The notes beneath the pieces are model-generated. The model saw only the letters and a program-made list of their open reading frames with translations, made no database searches and was not told the DNA's origin. A stretch of DNA of 30,279 nt from a virus. Its lineage: Duplodnaviria > Caudoviricetes. Each line of letters starts with the position of its first letter. Positions within the stretch are counted from its first letter, which is position 1. The position numbers and the translations under genes are program-made. Of the stretch, positions 16,214 through 25,187 are shown piece by piece. The stretch is from positions 1-30,279 of the IMG/VR virus record IMGVR_UViG_3300013767_000134; one strand, written 5' to 3'.

Positions 16214-16597
16214 ATGCAGATCGCCATCCCCGTCGAAGTCACACCCGGCCAGGTCGCCATGGAGCGCTCGCTGGGCGCCGCCATCGAGCTGTGCGCCAAG
16301 GCCGCCGGCCTCGATCCGAAGCAGGTCATGGCCGAGCTGAAGGGCCCGGGCGGCAAGCCCATGGACAAGGCCCAGTGGTCGCGCTGGGTCAGCGGCCAAG
16401 AGGGCGTGATCTGGGAGAAGCTGGTCGCGCTCATGGATGCCTGCGGCAACGACGCCCCGCTGCATTGGATGCTGCTGGCCCGCGGCTACGACCTGCACAG
16501 CCTGCGCAAGCGCGAGACCGAGCTTGAGCGCGATCTGCGCCAGGCGCGGGAAGAGAACGCCGCGCTGCGCCGCGTGCTGCAGGGGGCGACGGCATGA
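16214..16597 (+). CDS. CII-position HTH transcriptional regulator
   Basis: MDKAQWSRWVSG HTH-like helix, C-terminal coiled coil, position after cro. Confidence 0.65.
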   Translation: MQIAIPVEVTPGQVAMERSLGAAIELCAKAAGLDPKQVMAELKGPGGKPMDKAQWSRWVSGQEGVIWEKLVALMDACGNDAPLHWMLLARGYDLHSLRKRETELERDLRQAREENAALRRVLQGATA

Positions 16598-19140
16598 AGG
16601 ATTACGACGACTTCCTGCGCTCCAAGGTGCAGCTGGCCGAGTCCTTCGGCTTCAAGATCGACCCCGGCGAGGTCAACCCGCTGCTGAAACCCCACCAGGT
16701 CGCCATGGTGGTCTGGGCCGTGGCCGGTGGCAGGCGCGCCATCTTCGCGGCCTTCGGCCTGGGCAAGACCGTGATCGGCCTGGAGACCGTGCGCATCACC
16801 CGCCTGCGGGCCGGTGGCATGGCCCTGATCGTGATACCGCTAGGCGTGCGACAGGAGTTCATCCGCGACGCAGCGATGCTGGGCATCACCGTCAAGTTCC
16901 TGCGTCGCATCGAGGAGTGCGACGACCCCGAGGGCATCTACCTGACCAATTACGAGACGGTGCGCGACCGCAAGCTCGATCCGCGCCTCTTCTCGGTCGC
17001 TCTGTTGGATGAGGCCGCCTGCCTGCGCGGTTTCGGCGGCACCAAGACCTTCCGCGAGTTCATGGCTCTGTTTGCCGGCGACGACCGGCGCGACATGAAC
17101 AAGCGCCAACGCGCCGAAGGCGTGCGCTACCGCTTCGTGGCCACGGCCACGCCGAGCCCCAATGAGTACGTCGAGCTGCTGGCCTACAGCGCCTTCCTCG
17201 GCATCATGGACGTGGGCCAGGCCAAGACGCGCTTCTTCCGCCGCAACAGCGAGAAGGCCGACCAGCTGACGATCCACCCGCACAAGGAGCGCGAGTTCTG
17301 GCTGTGGATGGCGAGCTGGGCGCTGTTCGTGCAGAAGCCCTCCGACCTCGGCTTCTGCGACGACGGTTACGAGCTGCCGCCCATCGACGTGCGCTGGCAC
17401 GAGATCCCGGCCGATCATGCCGAGGCCGGCGCCGATGCGAACGGCCAGGGCCGCATGTTCAAGCACCAGGCCATCGGCGTGGTCGACGCGGCGCGCGAGA
17501 AGCGCGAGAGCCTGTCGGCGCGCATCGCCAAGCTGCAGGAGATCCGCGCCGAAGACCCCGACGCTCACCGGCTGATCTGGCACGACCTTGAGGACGAGCG
17601 ATGCGCGATCGAACGCGCGGTGCCGGCGGCGGTCAGTGTCTACGGCAGCCAGGACTTGGACCTGCGAGAGCAGGCCATCGTCGACTTCAGCGATGGCCGT
17701 ATCCAGGAGCTCGCCGCCAAGCCCGTGATCGCTGGGAGTGGCTGCAACTTCCAGCGGCACTGCAGCTGGGCGGTCTTCCTCGGCATCGGCTTCAAGTTCA
17801 ACGATTTCATCCAGGCGATCCACCGCATCCAGCGATTCCTGCAGACGCGGCGCGTGCGCATCGACCTGATCTACACGGAGGCCGAGCGCGAGGTGCGCCG
17901 GCAGCTTGAGCGCAAGTGGAAGCAGCACAAGGAGCTGGTGGAGAAGATGACGGAAATCATTCGCGAATTCGGCCTCTCGCAGGCTGCTATGGCCCACACG
18001 CTGACTCGATCGCTCGGCGTGGAGCGCGTCGAAGTCTCGGGCGACGGCTACACGCTTGTCAACGAGGACTGCGTGAAGGAGACGCGGCGTATGGCCAGCG
18101 ACAGCGTGGGCCTGATCGTCACCAGCATTCCCTTCAGCACCCAATACGAATACAGCCCGAACTACGCGGACTTTGGGCACACCGACAGCAACGACCACTT
18201 TTTCCGGCAGATGGACTTCCTGGTGCCGGAGCTTCTGCGCGTGCTGCAGCCTGGCCGCGTGGCGGCCATTCACGTCAAGGACCGGATCGTGCCCGGCCCG
18301 ATGAGGGGCCTGGGCTTCCAGACGGTCTACCCCTTCCACATGGACACGCACCGCTGCTTCACGCGCCACGGCTTCGAGTACCTGGGCATGAAGACCATCG
18401 TCACCGACGTGGTGCGCGAGAACAACCAGACCTATCGGCTGGGCTGGACCGAGCAATGCAAGGACGGCTCGCGCATGGGCGTTGGCATGCCCGAGTACCT
18501 GCTGCTGTTCCGCAAGCCGCCTACCGACAACAGCAACGGCTACGCCGACGAGCCGGTGATGAAGGACAAGGGCCAGTACACCCGCGCGCGCTGGCAGATC
18601 GACGCCCATGGCTACACCCGCTCCAGCGGAAACCGCCCGCTCATGCCCGAGGATCTGGAGGGCCTGCCGCACGACGTGATTTTCAAGCTCTACAAGGACC
18701 ACTCGCTGCACCAGGTCTACGACTTCGAGCACGAGGTTCGCATCGGCGAGGCCCTGACCGAGAAGGGCATGCTGCCCACGACCTTCATGCTGCTGCAGCC
18801 GCAGAGCTATTCCGACGAGGTGTGGACCGACGTGACGCGCATGCTCACGCTCAACGGTGCGCAGTCTGCGGCCGGGCGCGAGATGCACCTGTGCCCATTC
18901 CAGTTCGACATCGTGGATCGCGTCATTACGCAGATGTCGAACCCTGGCGACGAGGTCTTCGACCCCTTCGGCGGCCTGATGACCGTGCCCTACCGCGCGA
19001 TCAAGCTGGGCCGGCGCGGCCGGGCCTGCGAGCTGTCCAAGCCCTACTTCCTCGACGGCGCCGCCTATTGCGCCGCGGCGGCCCGCGAGAAGGCCATGCC
19101 GGGCCTCTTCGACCTCATCGAGGCCGAGGCCGCGGCATGA
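16594..19140 (+). CDS. SNF2-like helicase fused to N4-cytosine/N6-adenine DNA methyltransferase
   Basis: AFGLGKT, LLDEAA, TATPSPN, QAIHRIQRF; then TSIPF (SPPY-like) followed by DPFGG (beta-class motif order). Confidence 0.88.
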   Translation: MKDYDDFLRSKVQLAESFGFKIDPGEVNPLLKPHQVAMVVWAVAGGRRAIFAAFGLGKTVIGLETVRITRLRAGGMALIVIPLGVRQEFIRDAAMLGITVKFLRRIEECDDPEGIYLTNYETVRDRKLDPRLFSVALLDEAACLRGFGGTKTFREFMALFAGDDRRDMNKRQRAEGVRYRFVATATPSPNEYVELLAYSAFLGIMDVGQAKTRFFRRNSEKADQLTIHPHKEREFWLWMASWALFVQKPSDLGFCDDGYELPPIDVRWHEIPADHAEAGADANGQGRMFKHQAIGVVDAAREKRESLSARIAKLQEIRAEDPDAHRLIWHDLEDERCAIERAVPAAVSVYGSQDLDLREQAIVDFSDGRIQELAAKPVIAGSGCNFQRHCSWAVFLGIGFKFNDFIQAIHRIQRFLQTRRVRIDLIYTEAEREVRRQLERKWKQHKELVEKMTEIIREFGLSQAAMAHTLTRSLGVERVEVSGDGYTLVNEDCVKETRRMASDSVGLIVTSIPFSTQYEYSPNYADFGHTDSNDHFFRQMDFLVPELLRVLQPGRVAAIHVKDRIVPGPMRGLGFQTVYPFHMDTHRCFTRHGFEYLGMKTIVTDVVRENNQTYRLGWTEQCKDGSRMGVGMPEYLLLFRKPPTDNSNGYADEPVMKDKGQYTRARWQIDAHGYTRSSGNRPLMPEDLEGLPHDVIFKLYKDHSLHQVYDFEHEVRIGEALTEKGMLPTTFMLLQPQSYSDEVWTDVTRMLTLNGAQSAAGREMHLCPFQFDIVDRVITQMSNPGDEVFDPFGGLMTVPYRAIKLGRRGRACELSKPYFLDGAAYCAAAAREKAMPGLFDLIEAEAAA

Positions 19141-19424
19141 CCGTCGCCACCACCTCCATCCAGGCCTACCGCGAGATCCAGCGCGGAGGCGTGCTTGGCG
19201 AGCGCCAGGCCCAGGTCATGGCAGCCATCAAGCCCGGGCGCGACTACAGCCTCACCGAGCTGGTGAAGCTCACCGGACTGCCGGTCAACGTCATCAGCGG
19301 CCGCTGCAACGAGCTGCGCGCCATGGGCCGGCTTGAGCTGGCTCCCGTGCGGCGCTGCAGCGTCACCGGCCGAACCATCCACCCGGTGCGGCTGCCGGCA
19401 GAGCAGGGAGTTCTATTCGCGTGA
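19137..19424 (+). CDS. Small winged-helix protein
   Basis: TSIQAY...SLTELVKLTGLPVNVISGRCNEL...RRCSVTGR; start reassigned to 19137 (ATGA). Confidence 0.75.
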   Translation: MTVATTSIQAYREIQRGGVLGERQAQVMAAIKPGRDYSLTELVKLTGLPVNVISGRCNELRAMGRLELAPVRRCSVTGRTIHPVRLPAEQGVLFA

Positions 19425-20278
19425 ACTACTACGAGCACCACATCGGGGACTACGACAGCGCGACAGCGCACCTGTCGATCCTGGAGGATGGGGTCTATCG
19501 GCGGCTGATCTGCCTGTACTACCGCACCGAAGCTGCGCTGCCGGCCGATGTGAAGACGGTCTGTCGGCTCGTGCGCGCTGCATCCAAGGCGGAGCGCGAC
19601 ACCGTTGCGGCCATCCTTCGCGAGTTTTTCGAGCAGGCCGACGACGGTTGGCGCAATGCACGTTGCGACGCTGAGATCACCCGCTACCAGGACAAGCAGG
19701 CGAAGGCCAGGCGCAGCGCGGAGGCTCGATGGGGAGCACCGAAAGCGCATAGCGATGGCAATGCGAACGCATCAGATCAGAGTATGCGAACGCATAGCGA
19801 TGGCAATGCGAACGGTATGCACCGCGCGCCCGTCCCCAGACACCAGACACCAGACACCAATCACCAGTCACCAGACAAAGACACACGCTCTGCTACTGCC
19901 ACCGATGGTGGGCGCGTGTGTCGGCTCATGCGACAGGCAGGCATCCAGGACGGAAACCCCGGACACCCGGACCTGCTCGCACTCATCGAAGCCGGCGCTA
20001 CCGACGCCGAGTTCGAGCAGGCATCGGCCTCCGCTCTCGGCAAAGGCAAGGGCTTCGCCTACGCCCTGGGCGTCCTCAAGGGTCAGCGGCGCGACGCCGC
20101 AGAAGCTGCCGGCGCCATGCACCAGGGCCGCATGCCGAAGTCGCAGCGCACCCCCACAGCGGCCGAGCAGCGCGTGCTGCAGGCCGTCCCATCGCTCGCC
20201 GCGCCGCATCTGCGTGACGCGGCACCCATCACCATCGACGCCGAGGTCACCGATGTCACTCCCCAGCGCCTGGGTTGA
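19421..20278 (+). CDS. Replication initiator, YdaU/DUF1376 family
   Basis: MNYYEHHIGDY..ATAHLS.LEDGVYRRL..LYY..E; internal DNA repeats. Confidence 0.87.
   Translation: MNYYEHHIGDYDSATAHLSILEDGVYRRLICLYYRTEAALPADVKTVCRLVRAASKAERDTVAAILREFFEQADDGWRNARCDAEITRYQDKQAKARRSAEARWGAPKAHSDGNANASDQSMRTHSDGNANGMHRAPVPRHQTPDTNHQSPDKDTRSATATDGGRVCRLMRQAGIQDGNPGHPDLLALIEAGATDAEFEQASASALGKGKGFAYALGVLKGQRRDAAEAAGAMHQGRMPKSQRTPTAAEQRVLQAVPSLAAPHLRDAAPITIDAEVTDVTPQRLG
19746..19877. repeat. Iteron-like repeats, putative replication origin
   Basis: 24-bp direct repeat CGCATAGCGATGGCAATGCGAACG at 19746 and 19791; six CCAGACA-type 7-mers at 19836-19877. Confidence 0.7.
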
Positions 20279-20723
20279 TCGCCTCTTCGCCAAGCTGACC
20301 GTCACCTACGGGCAGCGTTTCCTGGGCCTCTATGCGGGCCTGGACCTGACGGCCGTGAAGGACGACTGGGCCGCCGAGCTTTCCGGGTACGACAAGAACC
20401 CCGACGCGCTGCGGCACGCGCTCGAAAACCTGCCCGCAGATCGGCCGCCGAACGTCCTGGAGTTCCGGCAGCTGTGCCGGAATGTGCCGGTCAAAGCCTC
20501 GCCAGCGCTCACGCACGCGGCGCCTGCAGATCCGGCGAAGGTTGCGGCAGCGATGAGCCGGATGACAAAGCCCGACTCCGGTCATCCCAGGGCCTGGGCA
20601 TGGCGGCTGCGTGAGCGCGAGCGCAACGGCGCGCAGCTCTCGAAGGCGCAGCGGGACTTCTGGCGCGAGGCGCTTCGCAACGAGATGGAGCGCGAGCAGG
20701 CCGCTGCGCAGGAGGCCGCGTGA
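20253..20723 (+). CDS. Replication protein P-like helicase loader
   Basis: WVDRLFAKL...YG..F...W...L...PPNVLEFRQLC, directly after the initiator; start reassigned to 20253. Confidence 0.7.
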   Translation: MSLPSAWVDRLFAKLTVTYGQRFLGLYAGLDLTAVKDDWAAELSGYDKNPDALRHALENLPADRPPNVLEFRQLCRNVPVKASPALTHAAPADPAKVAAAMSRMTKPDSGHPRAWAWRLRERERNGAQLSKAQRDFWREALRNEMEREQAAAQEAA

Positions 20724-21277
20724 TGCCGCAAACGAACCCCATGCACGCCGGGCCGGGCCCGAACCGCGCCCAGCGCCGCGCCGCCGCCGAAGCCGTTCGA
20801 TCTGCAGCCCGCGCACCGCGCGCCCAGCCGCAGGACGCGCTCGCCGCCTTCCGCGTGCTGCGAACTGCCCGGGCCCAGGCCAGCACCGAGCGACTCGACG
20901 CTAGCCAGCTGCGCGACCTGGCTATCGGCTACCACGGTGCGCTGGCCGGGATCACATCGGGCCGCGGCACCTGGGACGACTGCAACACGCTGGCGCTGGC
21001 GGCGAACGTCGCGCTGGTGCTCGCCGAGGCCGGCCTTGGCGCCGACGAGCTGCCCGTAGTCCAGCGCGCGCAGAGCGCGATCGTGCAGCTGGTGCAACGC
21101 GGCGCGCTCGGCGGCCGCTATGCGCTCACCGGAGCTGAACTGCGCGACCTGCAGGAGCTACTGGAGCTTCACGACGCGCAGCTTGCCCATGAGGCATGCA
21201 CCGAGGGTGTGATGGTCGCCGCCCTCGCTGAAATCCGGCGCCGCATGACCAGCGGCAACGTCATGGGAGGGGCGTGA
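20720..21277 (+). CDS. Hypothetical phage protein
   Basis: Coupled ORF (GTGA overlap); helical composition. Confidence 0.7.
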   Translation: MMPQTNPMHAGPGPNRAQRRAAAEAVRSAARAPRAQPQDALAAFRVLRTARAQASTERLDASQLRDLAIGYHGALAGITSGRGTWDDCNTLALAANVALVLAEAGLGADELPVVQRAQSAIVQLVQRGALGGRYALTGAELRDLQELLELHDAQLAHEACTEGVMVAALAEIRRRMTSGNVMGGA

Positions 21278-21281
21278 TGGG

Positions 21282-21485
21282 ATGCGATCCGACGAAGAGT
21301 TCCGGCACCAGTGCGAGGTGCGGCAAGTCCTGCTCTGGAGAGTGCAGCGCGGCAGCGAGTGGGTCCACACATGGCTTGCGGGTGTTGCGAAGCACCGAGG
21401 ACGGGCTGCCGCTGATCGGCTTCGAGCCGACGCCGCGCAGCAGTGGGCAGCGGGGAACCGAGGCTCGCGCAACGACTGGCGATGA
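21282..21485 (+). CDS. Small conserved phage protein
   Basis: EEFRHQCEVR...RG..AA..L..D...QW..GNRG pattern recalled from prophage nin-like regions. Confidence 0.65.
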   Translation: MRSDEEFRHQCEVRQVLLWRVQRGSEWVHTWLAGVAKHRGRAAADRLRADAAQQWAAGNRGSRNDWR

Positions 21486-21581
21486 CTATCCGCCGCTCGA
21501 CCACGCCGCCGTGCGCTGGGTGGTTGTAGCGCTGATGATCTTCTGGGCCTCAGCCGGCTTCGCCATCAGGAGCTGCGCAGG

Positions 21582-22016
21582 ATGAGCCCGCTTCGCTTCA
21601 CAGTACCAGGAACTCCGATCGGGAAGGGCAGGCCGCGCATCGGCAAGGTCGGTCAGCACTCGCGCATGTTCACGCCTCAGAAGACGGCGAACTACGAGGG
21701 GCTCATCGCTCACGCGGGCCAGCAGGCCATGGCCGGGCGCCCGCTGCTGCTGGGAGGCGTCTCGGTGGTTCTCGACATCTGCATGGCCATTCCAGCCAGC
21801 TGGTCGAAGAAGAAGCAGGCCGCAGCCGTCGCTGGCCAGGTCTTCCCGACCACGAAGCCCGACATCGACAACGTCGAGAAGGCCATCTTCGACGGCCTCA
21901 ATGGCGTGGTCTGGAAGGACGACATGCAGGTCGTGGACGTCTGCAAGCGCAAGCGCTACGGCTTGGTGCCTGGCGTGACCATCGAAATTGAAGAACTGGA
22001 GAACCAAGCAGCATGA
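21582..22016 (+). CDS. rusA: RusA Holliday junction resolvase
   Basis: FTVPG.P.GKGRPR, KPDIDNVEKAIFDGLNGVVWKDD.QVV. Confidence 0.93.
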   Translation: MSPLRFTVPGTPIGKGRPRIGKVGQHSRMFTPQKTANYEGLIAHAGQQAMAGRPLLLGGVSVVLDICMAIPASWSKKKQAAAVAGQVFPTTKPDIDNVEKAIFDGLNGVVWKDDMQVVDVCKRKRYGLVPGVTIEIEELENQAA

Positions 22017-22645
22017 GCCACAACAACGCGGCGGTCTTCCGCTCCATCCAGCAGGCCCTGCACGTCAGTTTCCTCATGGACATCCTGCCCGTGACCCAGA
22101 AGGGCAATACCCAGGTCGCGCTGGAGCGCCTCATGGAAGAGGCCGGCGTGGCCAAGGCTGTGCAGCGTGACGGCACGCTGAACTTCTCCGGCCTGTCGCC
22201 GATGGAAGTGCGGGCGCAGTGCGCGATGGTGCTGGGCGCGGTGGAGCATCACTGCTTGCCCTACGAGCGCGCCGCTGTCACGGCCTGGTTTTCTGCTGCT
22301 GATACGCCCGGCCAGCGCAGTCTGTCCGAGGTTGCCGCGCATCGTCGGAAGGTCTACGCCATCACGGCGCTGCACGCGTATGCGCAGCCGCGCCTGACCA
22401 TCGAAAGTCCAGCGGCTCAAAAGCTGTTGGTCTGGCACGTCCATTGCCGCGGCAAGCTGCGCGACCAGCTGACGGAACGCTCGATTGCCGCCGAGCACGG
22501 CCTGAGCCAGTCCACCGTCCACCGCAACATCGTTGCCGTGGCCACCGCCTGCGCGCTGCTTCGCAGGGCAGGCATGGCAAGGCTGCAGGCGATGTTCATC
22601 CGCGACGGCCTGGTGGACAGCGCAGAGGAGTCATGCACGGCGTGA
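22013..22645 (+). CDS. Probable late-gene antiterminator (Q position)
   Basis: Last delayed-early gene, C-terminal HTH (ERSIAAEHGLSQSTVHR), followed by a promoter and terminator. Confidence 0.6.
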   Translation: MSHNNAAVFRSIQQALHVSFLMDILPVTQKGNTQVALERLMEEAGVAKAVQRDGTLNFSGLSPMEVRAQCAMVLGAVEHHCLPYERAAVTAWFSAADTPGQRSLSEVAAHRRKVYAITALHAYAQPRLTIESPAAQKLLVWHVHCRGKLRDQLTERSIAAEHGLSQSTVHRNIVAVATACALLRRAGMARLQAMFIRDGLVDSAEESCTA

Positions 22646-22673
22646 ATCAAACGTGGTACATTTTTGCTATGGT
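22634..22673 (+). promoter_or_regulatory. pR'-like late promoter with pause-like second -10
   Basis: TGCACG-17 nt-TACATT (with upstream TG), then TATGGT starting 11 nt downstream of the first -10. Confidence 0.55.
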
Positions 22674-22703
22674 CGGGACCGAGTTGCGTTCTGGCCTCAA
22701 CTG

Positions 22704-22741
22704 AAGCCCGCCCGGCCCGCGCCGCGCGGGCTTTTTCGTTT
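22704..22741 (+). terminator. tR'-like intrinsic terminator
   Basis: AAGCCCGC/GCGGGCTT stem followed by TTTCGTTT. Confidence 0.75.
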
Positions 22742-22760
22742 CTGGCTCAGGAGGCCCACC

Positions 22761-23078
22761 ATGTCCCGCACCGTTCACGCTTCCCTCGTCTTGGCGGCCG
22801 TCGTCGCCTCGACCCTCGCCGCGCCCGTCGCGGGCTACAAGCTCACCCTGACCGAGGCCGGCGGCAACGTGCTGACCGGCGTCGGCCAGGTCAACGAGAC
22901 CTCGATCACCGTCGAGAACGTGCCGCCCGGCACCTATGCCGCCAGCATCGTCGCTGTCGATGCCACCGGCGCCGCGCTGACGCCGCCTGTGGCGGCCGCC
23001 GAGCCGCTGGTGGTGACCGACGAGCCCGCCGTGGTGACGGTCAATGTGCCCACTGCGCTGGCTCTCACGCTGGCTTGA
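22761..23078 (+). CDS. Small beta-rich (FN3/Ig-like) protein, first late gene
   Basis: AGGAGG RBS; PVAGYKLTL...SITVENVPPGTYAASIVAVD resembles fibronectin type III strands. Confidence 0.7.
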   Translation: MSRTVHASLVLAAVVASTLAAPVAGYKLTLTEAGGNVLTGVGQVNETSITVENVPPGTYAASIVAVDATGAALTPPVAAAEPLVVTDEPAVVTVNVPTALALTLA

Positions 23079-23347
23079 CCGTCGCCGTCGGCACCGCATG
23101 GTGCTGATCCCGGTCGAGCTGCATCTGCAGGTCGTGCCTCGACGCTGATCGTCGGTGCGGCCTTTCCCTACACCCGCCAACGAGCTTAGCCCTTGGCGTG
23201 CCTCGCGGGCAAACGAGGCAGGATTTCCTCAGCCGCACTCGCTGGGCGTCGCGAGACGGGAGGGCGAGAGTGCGAACGGCTTGACCCAGCGCCGACCGGC
23301 GTAAGTCCGATGGGCCACCTCATCACAAACCCCATGCGGAGGCCCAG

Positions 23348-23917
23348 ATGGCCAAGCACTGCGGGGCCAAGACGCGCGCCGGAGGCGTGTGCAAGAACCC
23401 CGCAATGCCAAACGGCCGATGCCGGATGCACGGGGGCAAGAGCAAAGGGCCCACGAAACCGGCGAAGCTAAAGGGCAATACCAACGCGGTTACCCATGGC
23501 TTCTACTCGAATGCCCTGCAGCCCGAAGAGCGGGAACTGTGGGACCGGGTTCAGCTAGGTTCGCTCGATGACGAGATCCGACTCGCGCGGATCAAGCTGC
23601 ATCGCCTGGTCAAGATGTCCGGGAGCAGCGAAGTGTCCGACCTGGTGGACTCCGCGATGGAGGTCGCCAAGCGCTACGACGAGCATCCGACCTTCGGTGC
23701 GATGGAGAAGCGCGAGATCAAAGTCAAGACCACGCAGTACGGCGACCTGATCGTGCGCCAGATCGATCAGATCCGGAAGCTCGAGCTGGCGCGCCGCGAG
23801 CTTGCCCGCGTCGACCCGAACACGCCTCCGCCACCGCAAGAGCCGGTGACAGAGTTCCGCGTCACCGTCGTGACCCCCGAGAATTTCAACCCTGATCGCC
23901 ATGGGTCGCGTGCTTGA
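23348..23917 (+). CDS. terS: Terminase small subunit, HGGxSTG-domain type
   Basis: CGAKTRAG..C..PAMPNGRCRMHGGKS and GNTNAVTHG; GGAGG RBS; overlaps terL. Confidence 0.75.
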   Translation: MAKHCGAKTRAGGVCKNPAMPNGRCRMHGGKSKGPTKPAKLKGNTNAVTHGFYSNALQPEERELWDRVQLGSLDDEIRLARIKLHRLVKMSGSSEVSDLVDSAMEVAKRYDEHPTFGAMEKREIKVKTTQYGDLIVRQIDQIRKLELARRELARVDPNTPPPPQEPVTEFRVTVVTPENFNPDRHGSRA

Positions 23918-25184
23918 TGTCACGATGACGGGGCCGCAGGCCGAGTTCTTCCAGCTCGACGCCAAGTACCCGCTGTTCTGCGGCGGCTTCGGCACCGGCA
24001 AGACCGAGGCCCTGACGCTGTGCGCCACGCGCGACGCGCTGCAGGCTCCCAGTGCCATGATCGCGCTCTACGAGCCGACCTACGACCTGGTGCGACTGAT
24101 CCTGGCGCCGCGGATGGAAGAGCGGCTGACCGATCTCGGCATCCGCTACCGGTACAACAAGACCGAGAACATCATCTACACGTCGTCGGGCAGCTGCGCC
24201 GACTTCGTGATGCGCACGCTGGACAACCCGGCGCGCATCATCGGCTACGAGAGCTACCGGGCCCACGTCGACGAGATCGACACGCTCAAGCAGGATCAGG
24301 CCACGCTGGCCTGGCGCAAGATCATCGCGCGAAACCGGCAGCGGCCGCGCGGCGTGCTCAAGCCCTTCAACCGGGTCAGCGCCTACACGACGCCCGAGGG
24401 CTTCCGCTTCGCCTACGAGACGTGGGTGAAGAACAAGAAGACCGGCTACGACATGGTGCAGGCGCCCACGCGCACCAATCCATTCCTGCCGTCGGACTAC
24501 ATCGAGTCGCTGCGGGACAGCTACCCAGCGCAGCTCATCGAGGCCTACCTCGAAGGCCGGTTCGTGAACCTGGCCAGCGGCACCGTCTACCCGGACTTCG
24601 ACCGCAAGCTCAACCACTCGCCCACGCAGATCCTGCCGGGCGAGCCGCTGCAGGTGGGCCTGGATTTCAACGTCAACAAGATGGCCGCCGTCGTCTTCGT
24701 CGTGCGCGACGACCAGCCCCACGCCGTGGCCGAGCTGGTCAAGGTGCGCGACACGCCGACGATGGCGCGGCTGCTCAATGAGCGCTTCAAGGAGCGCGGG
24801 CACAGCGTTACGGTCTACCCCGACGCTGCGGGCCAGAACACCAGCAGCAAGGGCGCCTCGGTGTCCGACCTGACCATCCTGCAGGGCGCCGGCTTCACAG
24901 TGCGCGCACCCAGCCAGAACCCCCGCGTGAAAGACCGCGTGAATAGCGTCAACGCCCTGATCCTTAACGGGTCGGGCCAGCGCCGGCTGCGCGTCAACAC
25001 CGACGCCTGCCCCGAATTCACGGCTTCGTTGGAGCAACAGCCCTACGACGACCACGGCGAACCCGACAAGACAACCGGCCACGATCACACCAATGACGGG
25101 GCCGGCTATTTCCTGCACAACCGCTGGCCGGTGACCAAGCCGGTCGCCACGCACGGCGCCCATGTGCCCCATGTGGGCCGCTGA
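23901..25184 (+). CDS. terL: Terminase large subunit
   Basis: Walker A GGFGTGKT, Walker B HVDE, TTPEGF, nuclease VGLDFN, YPDAAG, HDHTNDG. Confidence 0.95.
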   Translation: MGRVLDVTMTGPQAEFFQLDAKYPLFCGGFGTGKTEALTLCATRDALQAPSAMIALYEPTYDLVRLILAPRMEERLTDLGIRYRYNKTENIIYTSSGSCADFVMRTLDNPARIIGYESYRAHVDEIDTLKQDQATLAWRKIIARNRQRPRGVLKPFNRVSAYTTPEGFRFAYETWVKNKKTGYDMVQAPTRTNPFLPSDYIESLRDSYPAQLIEAYLEGRFVNLASGTVYPDFDRKLNHSPTQILPGEPLQVGLDFNVNKMAAVVFVVRDDQPHAVAELVKVRDTPTMARLLNERFKERGHSVTVYPDAAGQNTSSKGASVSDLTILQGAGFTVRAPSQNPRVKDRVNSVNALILNGSGQRRLRVNTDACPEFTASLEQQPYDDHGEPDKTTGHDHTNDGAGYFLHNRWPVTKPVATHGAHVPHVGR

Positions 25185-25187
25185 GCC

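Noticed and set aside
16840-18888. Long antisense ORFs (682 aa here; also 23886-25439, 28146-29606, 2575-3966)
   Set aside because: Shadow frames of GC-rich coding genes with no recognisable motifs
15044-21628. KOPS-like GGGNAGGG octamers at 15044 and 21621
   Set aside because: Two copies inside CDSs are within chance expectation, and the host KOPS consensus is unknown
23098-23148. 16-aa ORF MVLIPVELHLQVVPRR resembling the end of the upstream FN3-like protein
   Set aside because: Too short, no RBS, similarity not distinguishable from chance
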